The notes: generated by a model from the sequence alone, not told the origin. A stretch of DNA of 64,000 nucleotides from Octopus vulgaris (GCA_951406725.2 OX597838.1:18662001-18726000); one strand, 5' to 3'. Positions 40,123 to 59,401 are shown, counted from the stretch's first letter. Made by a program: numbers and translations.

Positions 40123-40670
40123 ACCAGACATCTAGTAGTTCTACCAATGAAGCAATGACAGACATCTTCCAAACATTGAGTAGTTCTACCAGACGACTTC
40201 CAGACATATTGTAGTTTTACTAACAAGGCAGTGCCTGATATCCTCCAAACATTTATTAGTTCTGCCAAAGTAGAAGTACCAGACATATGCCTGACATCTT
40301 GCAGAACTACTAATGAGACATTATCAAACATCTTCCAAAGATCATACAGTTTTACCAATGAATCAATGCCAGATGCCAGATATTTTCAAGAGATCTATTA
40401 GTTCTACCAATGAGTGAATGCCAGATGTCTAAAAATCTCGCAGTTTTATCAATGAGACAATGCCAGACACTTTCCAAACATCTAGAAGTTCTACCAATAC
40501 GATAATATCAGACATCTTCCAGATACCTTGTAGTTTTATCAACGAATCTGTGCCAGATATATTCCAGGCGTCTTATAATTTTACAAATGAGGCAATACCA
40601 GACATCTTCCTAACTTTTTTGCAGTTCTAGCGATGAGGCAATGCCAGATATCTTCCAGACATCAATGAAG
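40123..40670 (+). repeat. Diverged 45-bp minisatellite, about 12 units
   Basis: Consensus CCAGACATCTTCCAGACATCTTGTAGTTCTACCAATGAGGCAATG. Confidence 0.85.
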
Positions 40671-40885
40671 TAATGAAAGATTATGGTCAACAGTAGACAT
40701 CATATATTACTTATTCTATTGACCCTATCGATTCTCTGAAGATTTGCCTCCCTCCTTTTTGTTGTTATTTAACCCCAGGTCGACCCTGATGGAGTAGACT
40801 CATAATCAAAAGCATTCAAGCTGTAATAATCATTTCTTATTCTGTTGTTGTAGCGTTTGTCTAAACATAGTGCCTTTAGGACTAT

Positions 40886-41400
40886 ATCTATTATATAAAA
40901 TCCGTTCTGTCTGTCTGTGTGTGTGTCTTCTAGGAACTCGGGCATCCTCCATCTAATTGCGCTCAAATTTGATATGTAGATACCGACGGTATCAGGGCGT
41001 GTATAAGTCTTGAAAAAAATTACAAAAATCGATTCCAGGTGAGAATGTGATCGATAAAGCCGTGGGAACGTGTATTTGTACGCGCAAGTACATCAGCTGC
41101 TGTGATGTACTTACTGGTACTTTAAACTCTTCGGTTGCATATTTGTGTGAATAAAATCGTATTTTTTTTGGAATAAAAAAAAAGTCTATCTTTATTTCTT
41201 TTACTTTTGTCTCAAATTTAGGTTCAATCAATTTCTCAAAAGGGAGGCCTATGGGACTGAAAGGGGAGGCCTATTTTGAGAAAATTTGGTTTAAATGTTT
41301 GACAACTCAGCACCGTCCATTGGACGGGGGGGAGCGTTTTGCTCGTTATACTATATTAAACAATGTGTTCTCTTTCTAATGTGAAATGGTGTGGTAACAT
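40886..41400 (+). mobile_element. Non-autonomous Helitron-like element, 5' part
   Basis: A|TCTATTATATAAAATCCGTTCTGTCTGTCTGTG start, typical of invertebrate Helitron 5' ends; 3' end not identified. Confidence 0.45.
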
Positions 41401-41524
41401 GGAGAGCTGGCAGCTATTTCTTGCAGGCTGAGCACACCTATAGGAGGACCTTCCTACAGTGCCCGTGCATGACTTTAATTGCGATGGTTAACGCAAAAAA
41501 GTAAAATATACTCTGTATTAACTG

Positions 41525-41893
41525 ATCTCTTATCTTTTAACTGTTTCAGTCATTAGACTGCGGCCATGCTTGGGCACCACGTTGAAGAATTTTTAGTCAA
41601 ATGTATCGACCCCAGTACTTCACTTTTCTTAAGCCTGAAACCTATTATATCGGTGTCATTTGCTGAACAACTAAGTTACGGAGACGTAAACACACCAACA
41701 TCGGTTGTTAAGCGGTGGTGAGGAACAAACACAGACAAAGACACACACATACACACATAAATACATAAATACATACATACATACATACATGCTTAGATAT
41801 ATAGATGCATGTACACACACACACACATATATTGTGTCGAAATAATTGTGATTAATAATAAATTCTCGTATATTCCATTTTCCGTCTATCATT

Positions 41894-41933
<40 letters not shown>

Positions 41934-42273
41934 CAGGCTTCTTTCAGTTTCCGTTTACCAAATTTACTTACAAGAGTATGGCCGGCCAGAAGACACTTGC
42001 ACAAGGTTCCACACAATAGGACTGAACCCGGAACCATCTAGTTGGTTGGGAAGCAAGCTTCTTACCACATAGTTACAACTAGTGACCATCATTTGTTAAT
42101 TTATATATACGACGGCCTTCTTTCAGTTCCCGTCTACCAAATCTACTCACAAGGCTTTGGCCGGCCCGAGGCTATAGTAGAAGACACTTGCCCAAGGTGC
42201 TAGGTAGTGGGACTGAACCCGCAACAATGTGGTTGGTAAGCAAGCTACTTACCACACAGCCACTCCTGTGCCT
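41525..42273 (-). mobile_element. Cluster of SINE family A fragments
   Basis: 3' half at 41525-41760; 5' halves at 41930-42070 and 42105-42273. Confidence 0.85.
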
Positions 42274-43162
42274 ATATATACATACATTTTTATACAGACA
42301 GATACACACAAGCAAAGATTTTTCCGAGGGAAAAAATGAGACAGACAAACAGAGACAAAGAGAGGATAAAGAGAGGAGAGATAAAGGGAGATAAAGAGAG
42401 GGACTGAAGAAAGTGAGACAGGAGCAAGATAGAGAGGAAGAGGAGAGATAGAAGATTAGAGAAATAGAAAGTGACAAAGTGGTGGGGGAGAAGAAAAGAA
42501 TTAAAGAGAGACAGAGTGAAAGAGGGTGATAAAAATAGAGAGAGGGGTTTGGTCAGAGAAATAGAAGAAAGAAGAGATAGATAGAGGGGGGAGAACAGAA
42601 GGTGAGCTACACAGAGAAAGAGGGGGAGAAATAATTGTGTGTTATTGAAGATGCAAAATATGGGATATATATGAAAACAAGCTCTGGCGGTATGATCAAA
42701 AGTAATATTTACGGTTGTGGTGATGGCGAGGGGGGAGGCGGTGGTGCAGTGCTGCTGCTGCTGCTACTGCTGCTGCTACTGCTGCTGCTGGACGCTGTGG
42801 TAATGGTGATGGTATTCTCGGTGCTAGTATTGGTGCTGGTGGTGGTGGTGGTGGAATCTCTCGTACTCTCGTTCCTCTGCAAGATACTTTTTTTTTTTGC
42901 TTTTTGTTTTTTGTTGTTGTTGTGTTTTTTTTGTTCGCTAGAAATGGGAATTGGTAACAAGTTGACTTCCTCTGGGAAATCAACATTATACAGGATCTGA
43001 GTGGAGTTACTTAGTGAAGAACGGAGTGGTGTGGCAGAGTGTCTTTGTGGTGGGAGGCATTGAAGGATTGGTGTTAGTAAGTACATAGTAACTTGGGCAG
43101 GTACGTATACAAGTAGTTAAGTTCATATATATATATAAGTATATGCATATATATATATATAA

Positions 43163-43203
<41 letters not shown>

Positions 43204-43214
43204 AGTATATATAA

Positions 43215-43246
<32 letters not shown>

Positions 43247-43271
43247 ACATATATATATATTTATATATATA

Positions 43272-43318
<47 letters not shown>

Positions 43319-43380
43319 AGAAAGAGGGAGAGAGAAAGTGAAATAGATACATAGATGTTTATATGTATATATACACCTAC

Positions 43381-43429
<49 letters not shown>

Positions 43430-43678
43430 CATATACATATATATGTATATATATATATATTTATGTGTATGTATGTGTGTGTGCATGTAAATGTAAGTGC
43501 ATATGTATGTATGCATCATACACACACACACATGTATATATGCGTAGGAATTTTCGCTGGCGACTGTTTGTGCTGCCATCTACAGTTGCTTTCAGGGTAA
43601 GAGTGGGAGAGAAAGAGAGTTTACTAAAAAAATCAAAAGAGATGGTGAACTTTGCCAGTAAGGAGAGGAAACCGCCCA

Positions 43679-43779
<101 letters not shown>

Positions 43780-44120
43780 TACATATAGATATATATATAC
43801 ATACACACACATATATATACGCATATATGTATGTATATGTATATGTATATATATTTCGTTTTAACATTACTATGGGAGGCTATTTTCTTATGAGTGAGAG
43901 AACATTAAATAATATTTCCATAAAATCCTTTTTTTCTCGCATTTTAATTTTCCTAGTAGCTATGATAATGTTATTTCAATTTTATTTGAGCTCTTTCGTA
44001 CAGTATAACTTGAGGTCATGAAACTAGTTGGTCTATGTTCGTTTGCAGCATTTAGGAATTAAATACAACCGACTTACTTTTCCCTTCCTTTTCCGTTTTT
44101 TCCTTTCTCTCTTAATAGTG

Positions 44121-44166
<46 letters not shown>

Positions 44167-44245
44167 CAGGGAAATGAAAGCCTCGGATTCATTTAAAATT
44201 ATAATTAACACTATACACATATACATATATTTACATTCGTATATA

Positions 44246-44304
<59 letters not shown>

Positions 44305-44345
44305 TGTGTATGTGAGTATGTGTACATGTATATATATATATATAT

Positions 44346-45118
<773 letters not shown>

Positions 45119-45644
45119 ATCAGACCTCGTATGCATGCATGTATGCATGTACGTATGTATAGGTGGGTGTGCCAGCGCATGTATACGTGCAGTGTTTGCT
45201 TAAATCCGTGAGAAATTCTAAATTAGCACTGCGGAAGCTGTTGTAATGCAACCAAAGCTATAAATAACAGTTCCTTATAGATTAACTAAAATACCCCTCG
45301 AATGACGGAAAAATCGAAATTTGGTGTGTAAAAATTTCCAGTTTTATTAAATGAAAGTTGTCAGGTTATTTTCATGTAATAATTATCTTGATATACAGCA
45401 GAATCCCGTGGACGGTTCTGTCCATTTTCTGTATTTTTTTTTATTCGTTGAGTAGCGAACTATTATTTATAATGCAAGCAACATTCGATACATGTAAATT
45501 TCTCATTGCTTCGGCGATCCTTATATACATACACGCACATATATATGTGTGTATGTGTATATATATATGTATTTATGTGTGTATATATGTATGTATATAT
45601 ATTTATACACACACACTCATGCACACGTACGTACACACATATAT

Positions 45645-46040
45645 ACTTTTTACCCTTTTACTTGTTTAAGTCATTTGACTGCGGCCATGCTGAGCACCTC
45701 CTTTAGTCGAGCAAATCTACCCCAGGGCTTATTCTTTGTAAGCCTAGTACTTATTCTATCGGTCTCTCTTGCCGAACCGCTAAGTTACGGGGACGAAAAC
45801 ACACCAGCATCGGTTGTCAAGCGATGTTGGGGGGGGACAAACACAGACACACACACATATATACATATACATATATACGACGGGCTTACTTCAGTTTCCG
45901 TCTACCAAATCCACTCACAAGGCTTTGGTCGGCCCAAGGCTATAGTAGAAGACACTTGGCCAAGGTGCCACGCAGTGGAACTGAACCCAGAACCATGTGG
46001 TTGGTAAACAAGCTACTTACCACACATCCACTCCTGCGCC

Positions 46041-46041
<1 letters not shown>
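45645..46041 (-). mobile_element. SINE family A, full length
   Basis: Reverse complement of the family consensus from head to tail. Confidence 0.92.
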
Positions 46042-46085
<44 letters not shown>

Positions 46086-46216
46086 GCACACACCTATATA
46101 TATACATACACGCGTGTGTGTGAATATATGTGTGTATGGATGTATATATATATAGGGAAAAACGTTTTAAATATCTGAGCGAGAATGTTTATGTACACTA
46201 TAGATACATACATACA

Positions 46217-46300
<84 letters not shown>

Positions 46301-46329
46301 AGGTGTTTTCGTCAACCGAAGTAATATGA

Positions 46330-46460
46330 TAGGCATGTACTATGAGTGCTCAGTTTGGTTCACTACACCGACTCAGAATTGAACTGCAACTGAAAGAGTG
46401 ATGTTGAGACTGCCTATGAGAAGCGGCTAGAAGTGGTTTCGCCTTGAGCAGGTTGATATA
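46330..46460 (-). repeat. Unclassified interspersed repeat; second copy at ~54900-55025 (+)
   Basis: GCTCAAGG(C/G)GAAACCACTTC(T/C)AGCCGCTT...GGCAGTC shared between the two sites. Confidence 0.6.
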
Positions 46461-46512
46461 GATTAGTGTAAAAATGAAAAAAAAAAAAAACATTTAACAT
46501 CACTTGAGCAAT

Positions 46513-47010
46513 ACATTTAATTTAGATAGAGGATATATTCTCCTACAGCTATTTCTAAAATAACCAGGCATGTGTATCATGATATTGAGTAAGGATTCAA
46601 TAAGGTGAGCATTCTGTCACCAGAGAAGAAGTCAGAGAGATGTAAAAATGAAGGAGTTCTCCAAAATTGGAACTGGTAACTTCCACTATTCCTTGCCATG
46701 GATTATCATCAAACATTCTAAAACTGCTAATGAACCGTATGTATAACTGTATCATTCATTCGATCATGGCACTACGAAACGTAAACCTATCTCATTCCGA
46801 TCCTTCTTTAATTTTTGACAAACTGGAATATATGAATATCCTCGACTGGAGATATTCCTTAATTTTTTACATCTCTCTCACTTCTTCCTCTCTCACGACG
46901 GAATACTCAGATTATGGAAACCTTATTATATATCATGACAGACATGTTTGGCTATTTTAGAAACAGCTGTAAGGGATACTATATTTATATTGTATATCTA
47001 AATTAAATGT
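46513..47010. mobile_element. Old foldback/MITE with ~150-bp inverted arms
   Basis: ACATTTAATTTAGATA...GAGAGATGTAAAAAT..CTCCA (46513-46662) versus the reverse complement at 46847-47010. Confidence 0.75.
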
Positions 47011-47056
47011 CATTTCCAAGTTGGGCCAAGGTCTTGCTTTTTCAATTTTACCTTAT

Positions 47057-47129
<73 letters not shown>

Positions 47130-47266
47130 GTGTGTGTGTTTGTGTGTGTACGAAGACAATTGCCTCAGATGCCACGCAGTGAGACAACGCTGTTGGAAAA
47201 CACACATCTTACTAAACAGTCACACTTGCACCTGTATATATATATATATATATATATATACATACA

Positions 47267-47391
<125 letters not shown>

Positions 47392-47469
47392 GAATATACA
47401 TATATATATATATCGTATGTGTATACGCACAGCTAAATAAACAGATAGATAGATAGACAGATAGATAAG

Positions 47470-47526
<57 letters not shown>

Positions 47527-47672
47527 TAGTTTACAATGGCAGAAAATTACGATAAATATGTGAAATGCCTCCGAGATTGCCACCACCATCAACAATACTC
47601 CGATCTGCTTCACTGACACCCCACACACACACACACACACACGCAGATACACACACACATATCAGTGGATTC

Positions 47673-48103
<431 letters not shown>

Positions 48104-48519
48104 TTAGGGGAATATATATATATATATATATATCAGTGGATTTCTGATACCTTCATTATATTCCGGACATTCTTTCTTCGTTAGATGAAACCTTATCATG
48201 GATATTTCACTTAATCAAATTCCACGTGGAACCATCTCAAAGATCTCCGCAGATATTTATCAAAAATACCTCACCTTCCCATACAACCTCGTTTGGATTA
48301 TTACCCACGTTAATTTCCTGTCTCAAACATCTCAATGTCTCTTTCTTTCCCCCTCTCTCTCCTACTCTCGTTATATGTATATACTTCCTTAACATACATA
48401 TATATATGTAAATATATATGTTTATATATAGAGAGGGAGAGAGGAAGAGAGAGGTAGAGAGAGAGAAAGTGCTAGATAGATAGATAGACAGACAGATATA
48501 TGCGTATATATACACACAG

Positions 48520-48600
<81 letters not shown>

Positions 48601-48704
48601 TATATGCATATATGCACATATATGTACACATTTATTTATTTATATATATATATACACATACATTAACATACAGATTAATACACACACACACATACACACA
48701 CACG

Positions 48705-48813
<109 letters not shown>

Positions 48814-48899
48814 GTATTTATTTTATTTATCTATCGCTCTTTATCTCTCATTCCCTTTTTCTCCTTCTCTGTCTCTGTCACTCTGTCTCTGTCTCTCTA

Positions 48900-48930
<31 letters not shown>

Positions 48931-49142
48931 CTCTCTTTTCCTCTCTCTCTCTCTCTCAATATTTCCTGAGAGAAAGCGAAGCAGATTACCTATGTATCTC
49001 ACCGTCTCTCTTTTAGTGCCAACCTCTCCATCTTTTCGCCCCATTCTTCCCGTCCTCTGCCTTTTCTTCATCTTTCCTCTTTCTCCCTCTCTCTCTCTCT
49101 CTCTCTGATTCAGTCTCTCTCTCTTTCTTTCTCTCTCTCTGT

Positions 49143-49212
<70 letters not shown>

Positions 49213-49813
49213 GTCTCTCTCTGCCTCTTTGTTTATACGGTTTTCTCTCATTCTCACTCCCTCAATTAATTATCTATCTGCATCTCTTTCACTAACAGTT
49301 TATATCCTCATGTTCTTCACCTCATTCTCAGTTTCTTCTCTTCCTTTCAATCCCTACCTCTTCAGCTCTCACATTGACTCTCTCCCTCTGTCTCTCGCAT
49401 TTCTATTTCTTTTCCCCTCATTTTCACACACTCTTTTCCCCCTCCTCTCTCCCTTCCCCCCCTCTCTCTCTCTCTGCCTTTGTCTCTATTTCCTTCATTT
49501 TCACTCTCTCTGCCTCTATCTCCATTTTCCGTCTCTCTCTCTCACTCTCTCATGTCTTCCTTTCCGCTTCCCTCTCACACTATCCGCTCTATTCCTCTCC
49601 CTGGAGACCCTACCCACCTAATTTAACGTTAATTATAACGAAAATGAACCGACTTTCAAACGGAGTCAATCGGTATAAGACATTTCTGTTCTCAATACAC
49701 GAATACATTGTTGATACATAAATCCAAAATGGTTGTGGGGATAAAACGTATTCTTTGCAACCACATTGTTCCAGTTTCGATCTCACGTCCAGGTTCCGTA
49801 TTTTCTATGGTAA

Positions 49814-50026
49814 AAGGCGGTGAGCTGGCAGAAATGTTAGCGCGCCGGGCGAAATGCTTAGCCGTATTTCATCTGCCGTTACGTTCTGAGTTCAAATTCC
49901 GCCGAGGTCGACTTTGCCTTTCATCCTTTGGTTGTCGATAAATTAAATACCAGTTACGCACTGGTCCCTTTGTCTGTCCTTGTTTGTCCCCTCTATGTTT
50001 AGCCCCTTGTGGGCAATAAAGAAATA
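49814..50026 (+). mobile_element. SINE family B monomer
   Basis: Full head; tail GCCCCTTGTGGGCAATAAAGAAATA; imperfect TSD TATTTTCTA. Confidence 0.9.
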
Positions 50027-50732
50027 TATTTTCTAATGTACATTTGGGTTTTCCTAAAGTGATGCGAGCGGAATTTAACGGAATTAAATTAATTTTGCCG
50101 TATGCACAAACCGAGAACACATCTTGCGGAACAGTCGTTATTTTAACGAGATACGTTTTATTATCACCTGAAGAAACACATCTACACAGGTTGATACTCC
50201 TAAGCCAGTTGTTAAATATCCCATCCGTGAGGGATTGATGCTACATGGCTCAAAACAATTGTAGGGATCAACAAACATTCTCGTATCTTCCACCGTCCGT
50301 TTCTCAAAATGTAGATCTGTGAACCCTGTTATATGTTTGATATATTTTACTTTTTCTTTATGATTTGGTTTATGTCTATCATTGTTTGAAGTACACAATA
50401 GTGGTTTTTCTCTAATTTGTGTGTGTATTAATTGCTGGCAAGGACGCATTATTTTGTTTTGCAACTGTATTATACATTTGACGGTACCAACTGCAGCAGC
50501 AACACTTACAAAAGCAACAAAGACAGCACCAGCAACTATAATGGGCACAAATGCATAACGGAAAACTTTCTATGCTCATGTCACAGTTCAATCGATATTA
50601 CAGTCACTCAATTGCGAGCTTGCCATGCAATAAACAGCACTTGGGTATGAATAATTGCACACACTACCAGCAGTATATTGGATAGGTACTATCCCTTAGT
50701 TGGTTGCTGTCCCAACCTCTCACACAGATATA

Positions 50733-50777
<45 letters not shown>

Positions 50778-50781
<4 letters not shown>

Positions 50782-50980
50782 TAATCCAAACAAGAAAACA
50801 CAAAAAAACACGACAATGCGAGGACGTGGAACAAATATAGTATTATTGGACGCTCAGGAAAGAAGGAAAGAAGGAGGGTTTAACGTTTCGAGCAGAGCTC
50901 TTCGTCGGAAACATAGGAGAAGGAAAGATCCAGAGAAGGGAAGACAGAGGAAAAGAAATCGCCAACGGTACACACGAGGT

Positions 50981-50983
<3 letters not shown>
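50778..50983 (-). mobile_element. Short Penelope pLTR-like element inside (TA)n, with a hammerhead-like motif at 50878-50912
   Basis: Minus strand: GUUU-CCGACGA-A-GAGC ucu GCUC-GAAA-CG-UU-AAAC. Confidence 0.55.
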
Positions 50984-51023
<40 letters not shown>

Positions 51024-51342
51024 CAATAAGAAAATGGAGGAGAACAATAGGTGGTTCATCAACTTTTATACATTATATTATGTTAACTTATTTATTTATT
51101 TACTAAACTGATAATTACAATAATATACATACATATAACATATTATTCTTTACATATAAGATATAAGATATGAAATATAGGTAAAATATCTCTTTACCTT
51201 CACCCATTTAGTACACTAGGTAATGTAATTGCAATGCAATAAAAAACACTTGTGTATTAATAATTGGGTATTCTGCCATCAGAATATTGGATAGATATTA
51301 TCCCTTAGTGGGTTGCATTCACAACCTCTAACTTTCTTGGAG

Positions 51343-51405
<63 letters not shown>

Positions 51406-51511
51406 TTATAAAATGAGATAGGGGTTGAAAATTCAACCCACCATGGGATAATATATATCCAATATACTGCCAGATAGGTACCCAACAAGACTAATACATA
51501 GATGTTAAAAA

Positions 51512-54603
<3,092 letters not shown>

Positions 54604-54702
54604 TGATAGATAGATTTCATTGTTCAGTTTTATTTCAAGATTTCTTGCCACTAGAGAAAGAGCCCGTTTCTAACCTAGATCCAACCAAGATCCATATGTA
54701 TG

Positions 54703-54733
<31 letters not shown>

Positions 54734-55104
54734 CTGTGTCTGTGTCTGTGTCTGTGTCTGTGTGTCTGTGTCTGTGTATTAAAGCTGCAAATGAAAAGCG
54801 CAACTGTCTGGCAAGACTTCACAAGAACATTAAGAATTAAATGTTCTTGTCAAGTCCTTCCGAACTGTTTGCTTTTTCTTTTCTGTTTTAATTTATAGCA
54901 ACTAGCTCAAGGGGAAACCACTTCCAGCCGCTTTAGAAAGGCAGTCACAAAATCACATGTTCAGCTGCAGTTGAAACTGCAATTTTAGTAACATACCAAT
55001 TTGAGCATTCAGAGTGCACATGTATTAGTTTGAGACACCGTGTCGAAAACTCCACGTATCTTTTATATATATGTATATATATATATATATATGTATCTAT
55101 GTAT

Positions 55105-55186
<82 letters not shown>

Positions 55187-55199
55187 CTATGTATCTATG

Positions 55200-55243
<44 letters not shown>

Positions 55244-55255
55244 CATACATAGATA

Positions 55256-55291
<36 letters not shown>

Positions 55292-55810
55292 CAGAGACAC
55301 ACATAGGCATGTATTTGTGTATATTGTGTGTACTTATGTGTGTGTGTGTACAAGTCTATGCACTTGTTTATGTGTGCGTGTACGTATGCATGTGTGTAAT
55401 TAATTTTCAAAAGAGGCATAGTATCTTCTGTTGTTCGTTCCTTTATCAAGTTCTCAAAAAACATTAACAGCGTAAGTGATACGAAGTGAATCGAACCGGG
55501 GTCGTGGCGTCCGAGGCCTTGGGCAGTCGTGATAATGACAGATTAATAGTTACAATTGCTATGACTACAATACAAAGATTGCTATTGTTGTTGTATTAAA
55601 GCGGCTGTTTGCTTTTGTTGATTATGATAAATAGAGATGAGAGACATCTAAAACCTTGAACAGACACGCCATGCCAACCATTTGTATTCATAGAAATCTT
55701 TCATTAACCGGCAGACGATTCACAAACGCCATATTGCTTTTCAGAGACCAATTAATAAAGTGAGGTAAAGTGGAGCATTTTTAAACGGGATAATGTGTAC
55801 ATAAAGAGAT

Positions 55811-55864
<54 letters not shown>

Positions 55865-56287
55865 ACAAACACATGCACATATACACACATACACACGAAC
55901 GCACATACACGCACAAACCCAAACACCAACGTTCACACGAAGAAGCACACATATGTATACATGTGAGCGTGCATGTATGTTTGTATATGTACGTATGCAT
56001 GTGCATATATATATGAGTGTATGTATGCATATATATTTATATGCGTGTGTATGTATATATATTTATATGCGTGTGTATGTATATATATTTATATGCGTGT
56101 GTATGTATATATTCATATGTGTGTGTGTGTATGTGTCGCGTGTACATATATACAAATATACATACATACATACATACATACATACATGCATACATACATA
56201 CATACATACATGCATACATACATACATGCATGCATGCTTGCATACATACATACATACATACATACAAATATACATACATACATACTT

Positions 56288-56318
<31 letters not shown>

Positions 56319-56336
56319 TACATACATACATACATG

Positions 56337-56370
<34 letters not shown>

Positions 56371-56427
56371 TACATACATACATACATACACTAATAAAAA
56401 CATACATACATACATACACACACATAC

Positions 56428-56460
<33 letters not shown>

Positions 56461-56940
56461 CATACATACATACACACACACACACATACATACATACATA
56501 CATACACACACACACAAATACATACATACATACATACATACATACACACATACATACACACATAAGGCAGGTGGCTTTGTGGTTAGGCAAGACGACTGTC
56601 TTGAGTTCAATTGCTGCTCTTAGAGGCTCTTACTATCAATGGGTTCTTTACGTCACATCACCCGACTTGGCCAGCACAAAAAATGTACTAACACTGACAG
56701 AGCGTCAGCGACTCGGTCGTACGATCAAAAGCCATTTAGCATGAAGAGAATATATCCAGCTACATCGCATCTTTACCCTTTCCTATTGTTTATGTATATA
56801 TATATAATTAAAAAGTAATGTAATAATACGTTACGGAGGATATATTATAAACAGTTAATAATTATTTATGAATATATCAATGGCCAAACATGTTATCATA
56901 AAATACATAGAAGAATGCTTATGATTATGAACAAGTTATA

Positions 56941-57083
56941 GGCGTAGGAGTGGTTGTGTCGTAAGTACCTTGCTTACCAACCACATGGTTCCGGGTTCAG
57001 TCCCACTGCGTGGCACCATGGGCAGTGGAGCGGAACCCGGAACCATGTGGTTGATAAGCGAGCTATCTAACCACACAGCCACT
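56941..57083. mobile_element. Fold-back of two SINE family A heads
   Basis: Plus-strand head to ~57023, immediately followed by the reverse-complement head ending CCACACAGCCACT. Confidence 0.85.
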
Positions 57084-57144
57084 AACCAAAAGAACCGGCT
57101 TTTGCAAGCAAAAATATATACTGAAACAACATATATATTTTACT

Positions 57145-57668
57145 GAGCCCGAAAGGATGAAAAACAAAGTGGACCTCAGCGGAATTTGAACTCAGAATGT
57201 TAACACGGATAAGCTGCCGCAGAGCATTTTGCCAGGTGTGTTAGCGATTCTTATATCTTTACTGCCCACAAGGGGCTACACACAGAGGGGACAAACAAGG
57301 ACAGACAAACGGATTAAGTCGATTATATCGACCCCAGTGCGTAACTGGTACTTATTTAATCGACCCCGAAAGGATGAAAGGCGAAGTCGACCTCGGCAGA
57401 ATTTGAACTCAGAACATAGCGGCAGACGAAATACCTATTTCTTTACTACCCACAAAGGGCTAAACACAGAGAGGACAAACAAGGACAGACAAACGGATTA
57501 AGTCGATTATATCGACCCCAGTGCGTAACTGGTACTTATTTAAGCGACCCCGAAAGGATGAAAGGCAAAGTCGACCTCGACAGAATTTGAACTCAGAACG
57601 TAGCAGCAGACGAAATACCGCTAAGCATTTCGCCCGGCGTGTTAGCGATTCTGCTAACTCGCTGCCTT
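57145..57668 (-). mobile_element. SINE family B dimer (57253-57668) abutting an older copy (57145-57251)
   Basis: Junction GACGAAATACC|TATTTCTTTACTACCC at ~57435. Confidence 0.9.
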
Positions 57669-58740
57669 TTAAAATGAAAGACAAAGTTGACCTCGGCAGC
57701 GTTTGAACGCAAACCGACTTGCAAAAGGTTCTACCAGCTCCTTCATAGCTTCATATAACCGGATTTGAATGTAAGCAGTAGTTTTCTGAAAGGGATCCCT
57801 CGTTTTGAATCTCACCTATGAAGGTGTCACACTTGTTATTTTACAGCTACGACTGCTAGAAACACGATCCTTGGTCCCGGAGGTAAAACGCGCATGTAAT
57901 ATATACTTTGCATTTGCGAGATATCGATCGCTGTTATTAGTACATTTTGCGTGTATGTGTTTGCGTGTTATGTGTGGCATTGGAATAATATTGGAGACAC
58001 AGCCTCAATATATCAGATAAACAAAAGCATATATGCGCATTTGATAGTCTATATACCATTATGTCTATTTACAATTGTGTCTATGCGCGCATGTATATTA
58101 GTACTTAAGTGTTTCAGCGAAAATACGTCGATGTGTAAGGCGGAGGAGCGGTTATTTCTTTAATGAATGCATGTAACACCCAACCGTCTGAAGATTCTTA
58201 ATGGTAATGTATTGTTGAAGAATCTCTTCAAATTTTTATAAGTACAGCTCCACTTTGTCTCGCCGAACTCCCTCTGGAAACTCCCACCTTCCGCAGTTTC
58301 CCTCTGCTTCTCCTTTCAGACTGCCTCGCTAACTTCCGGTACAAAGTACTTCAAACTGACGACAGATCGATGCTACATTGTTCATATATATATATATATA
58401 TAGTGAGAAAGTACATGGACTGACCTTCCTGCATACATACATACATACGTACATACATACATGCATACCTACATACATACATACATACATACATGCATAC
58501 ATACATACATGCATACATGCATGCATACGTACATACATACATACATACATACATACATACATACATACATACATACATACATACATACATACATGCATAC
58601 ATGCATGCATACATACATACATACATACATACATACATACATACATACATACATACATACATGCATACATGCATGCATACATACATACATACATACATAC
58701 ATACATACATACATACATGCATACATGCATGCATACATAC

Positions 58741-58953
58741 ATACATACATGTATACATACATACAAGATGGAGCCTTGTATTTATGTTGAAAATCGGCTC
58801 CCTCCTCAGTGGAGGATTTGTAATAATTAAAAAAAAGAAAACACATACAAACATACATACATACATATACATTTATGTATATTTATATATATTTGTACAT
58901 ATATATATATATAAACATATACACACACATGTATATATATTAATTATATATAA

Positions 58954-58986
<33 letters not shown>

Positions 58987-59065
58987 AATCTTCTACTGAG
59001 GAGGGAACCGATTTTCAACATAGATACAAGGTTCCATCTTGTATGTATGTATACATGTATGTATG
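58741..59065. repeat. ~80-bp inverted duplication around a TA-rich spacer
   Basis: 58741-58819 versus the reverse complement at 58986-59065. Confidence 0.85.
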
Positions 59066-59163
59066 TATGTATGTATGTATGTATATTCTAAATTGAATTT
59101 TTTTCCTTGTAAGTTTGGATTTTATTCCCTCAAATAATAATCATATATATATATATACATTTT

Positions 59164-59260
<97 letters not shown>

Positions 59261-59401
59261 CAGATATGAAGAATAAATTATTAGGTTGGAAGATCCTTTC
59301 GTATTTCAAGATGGGAAGGAAACAAATGTTTCTTTTAGACTTTATTTTAAAATTAATATTTCACTCATTATTTATAAGATAATTCCCGAGCGTAAAATTC
59401 T

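Noticed and set aside
40123-40670. 45-bp array as CRISPR
   Set aside because: Contiguous diverged units without spacers, in a eukaryotic context.
58765-58812. CTGAGGA followed by a GGAGCC/GGCTCC stem as a hammerhead
   Set aside because: The stem is followed by ATC rather than GAAA in both inverted copies.
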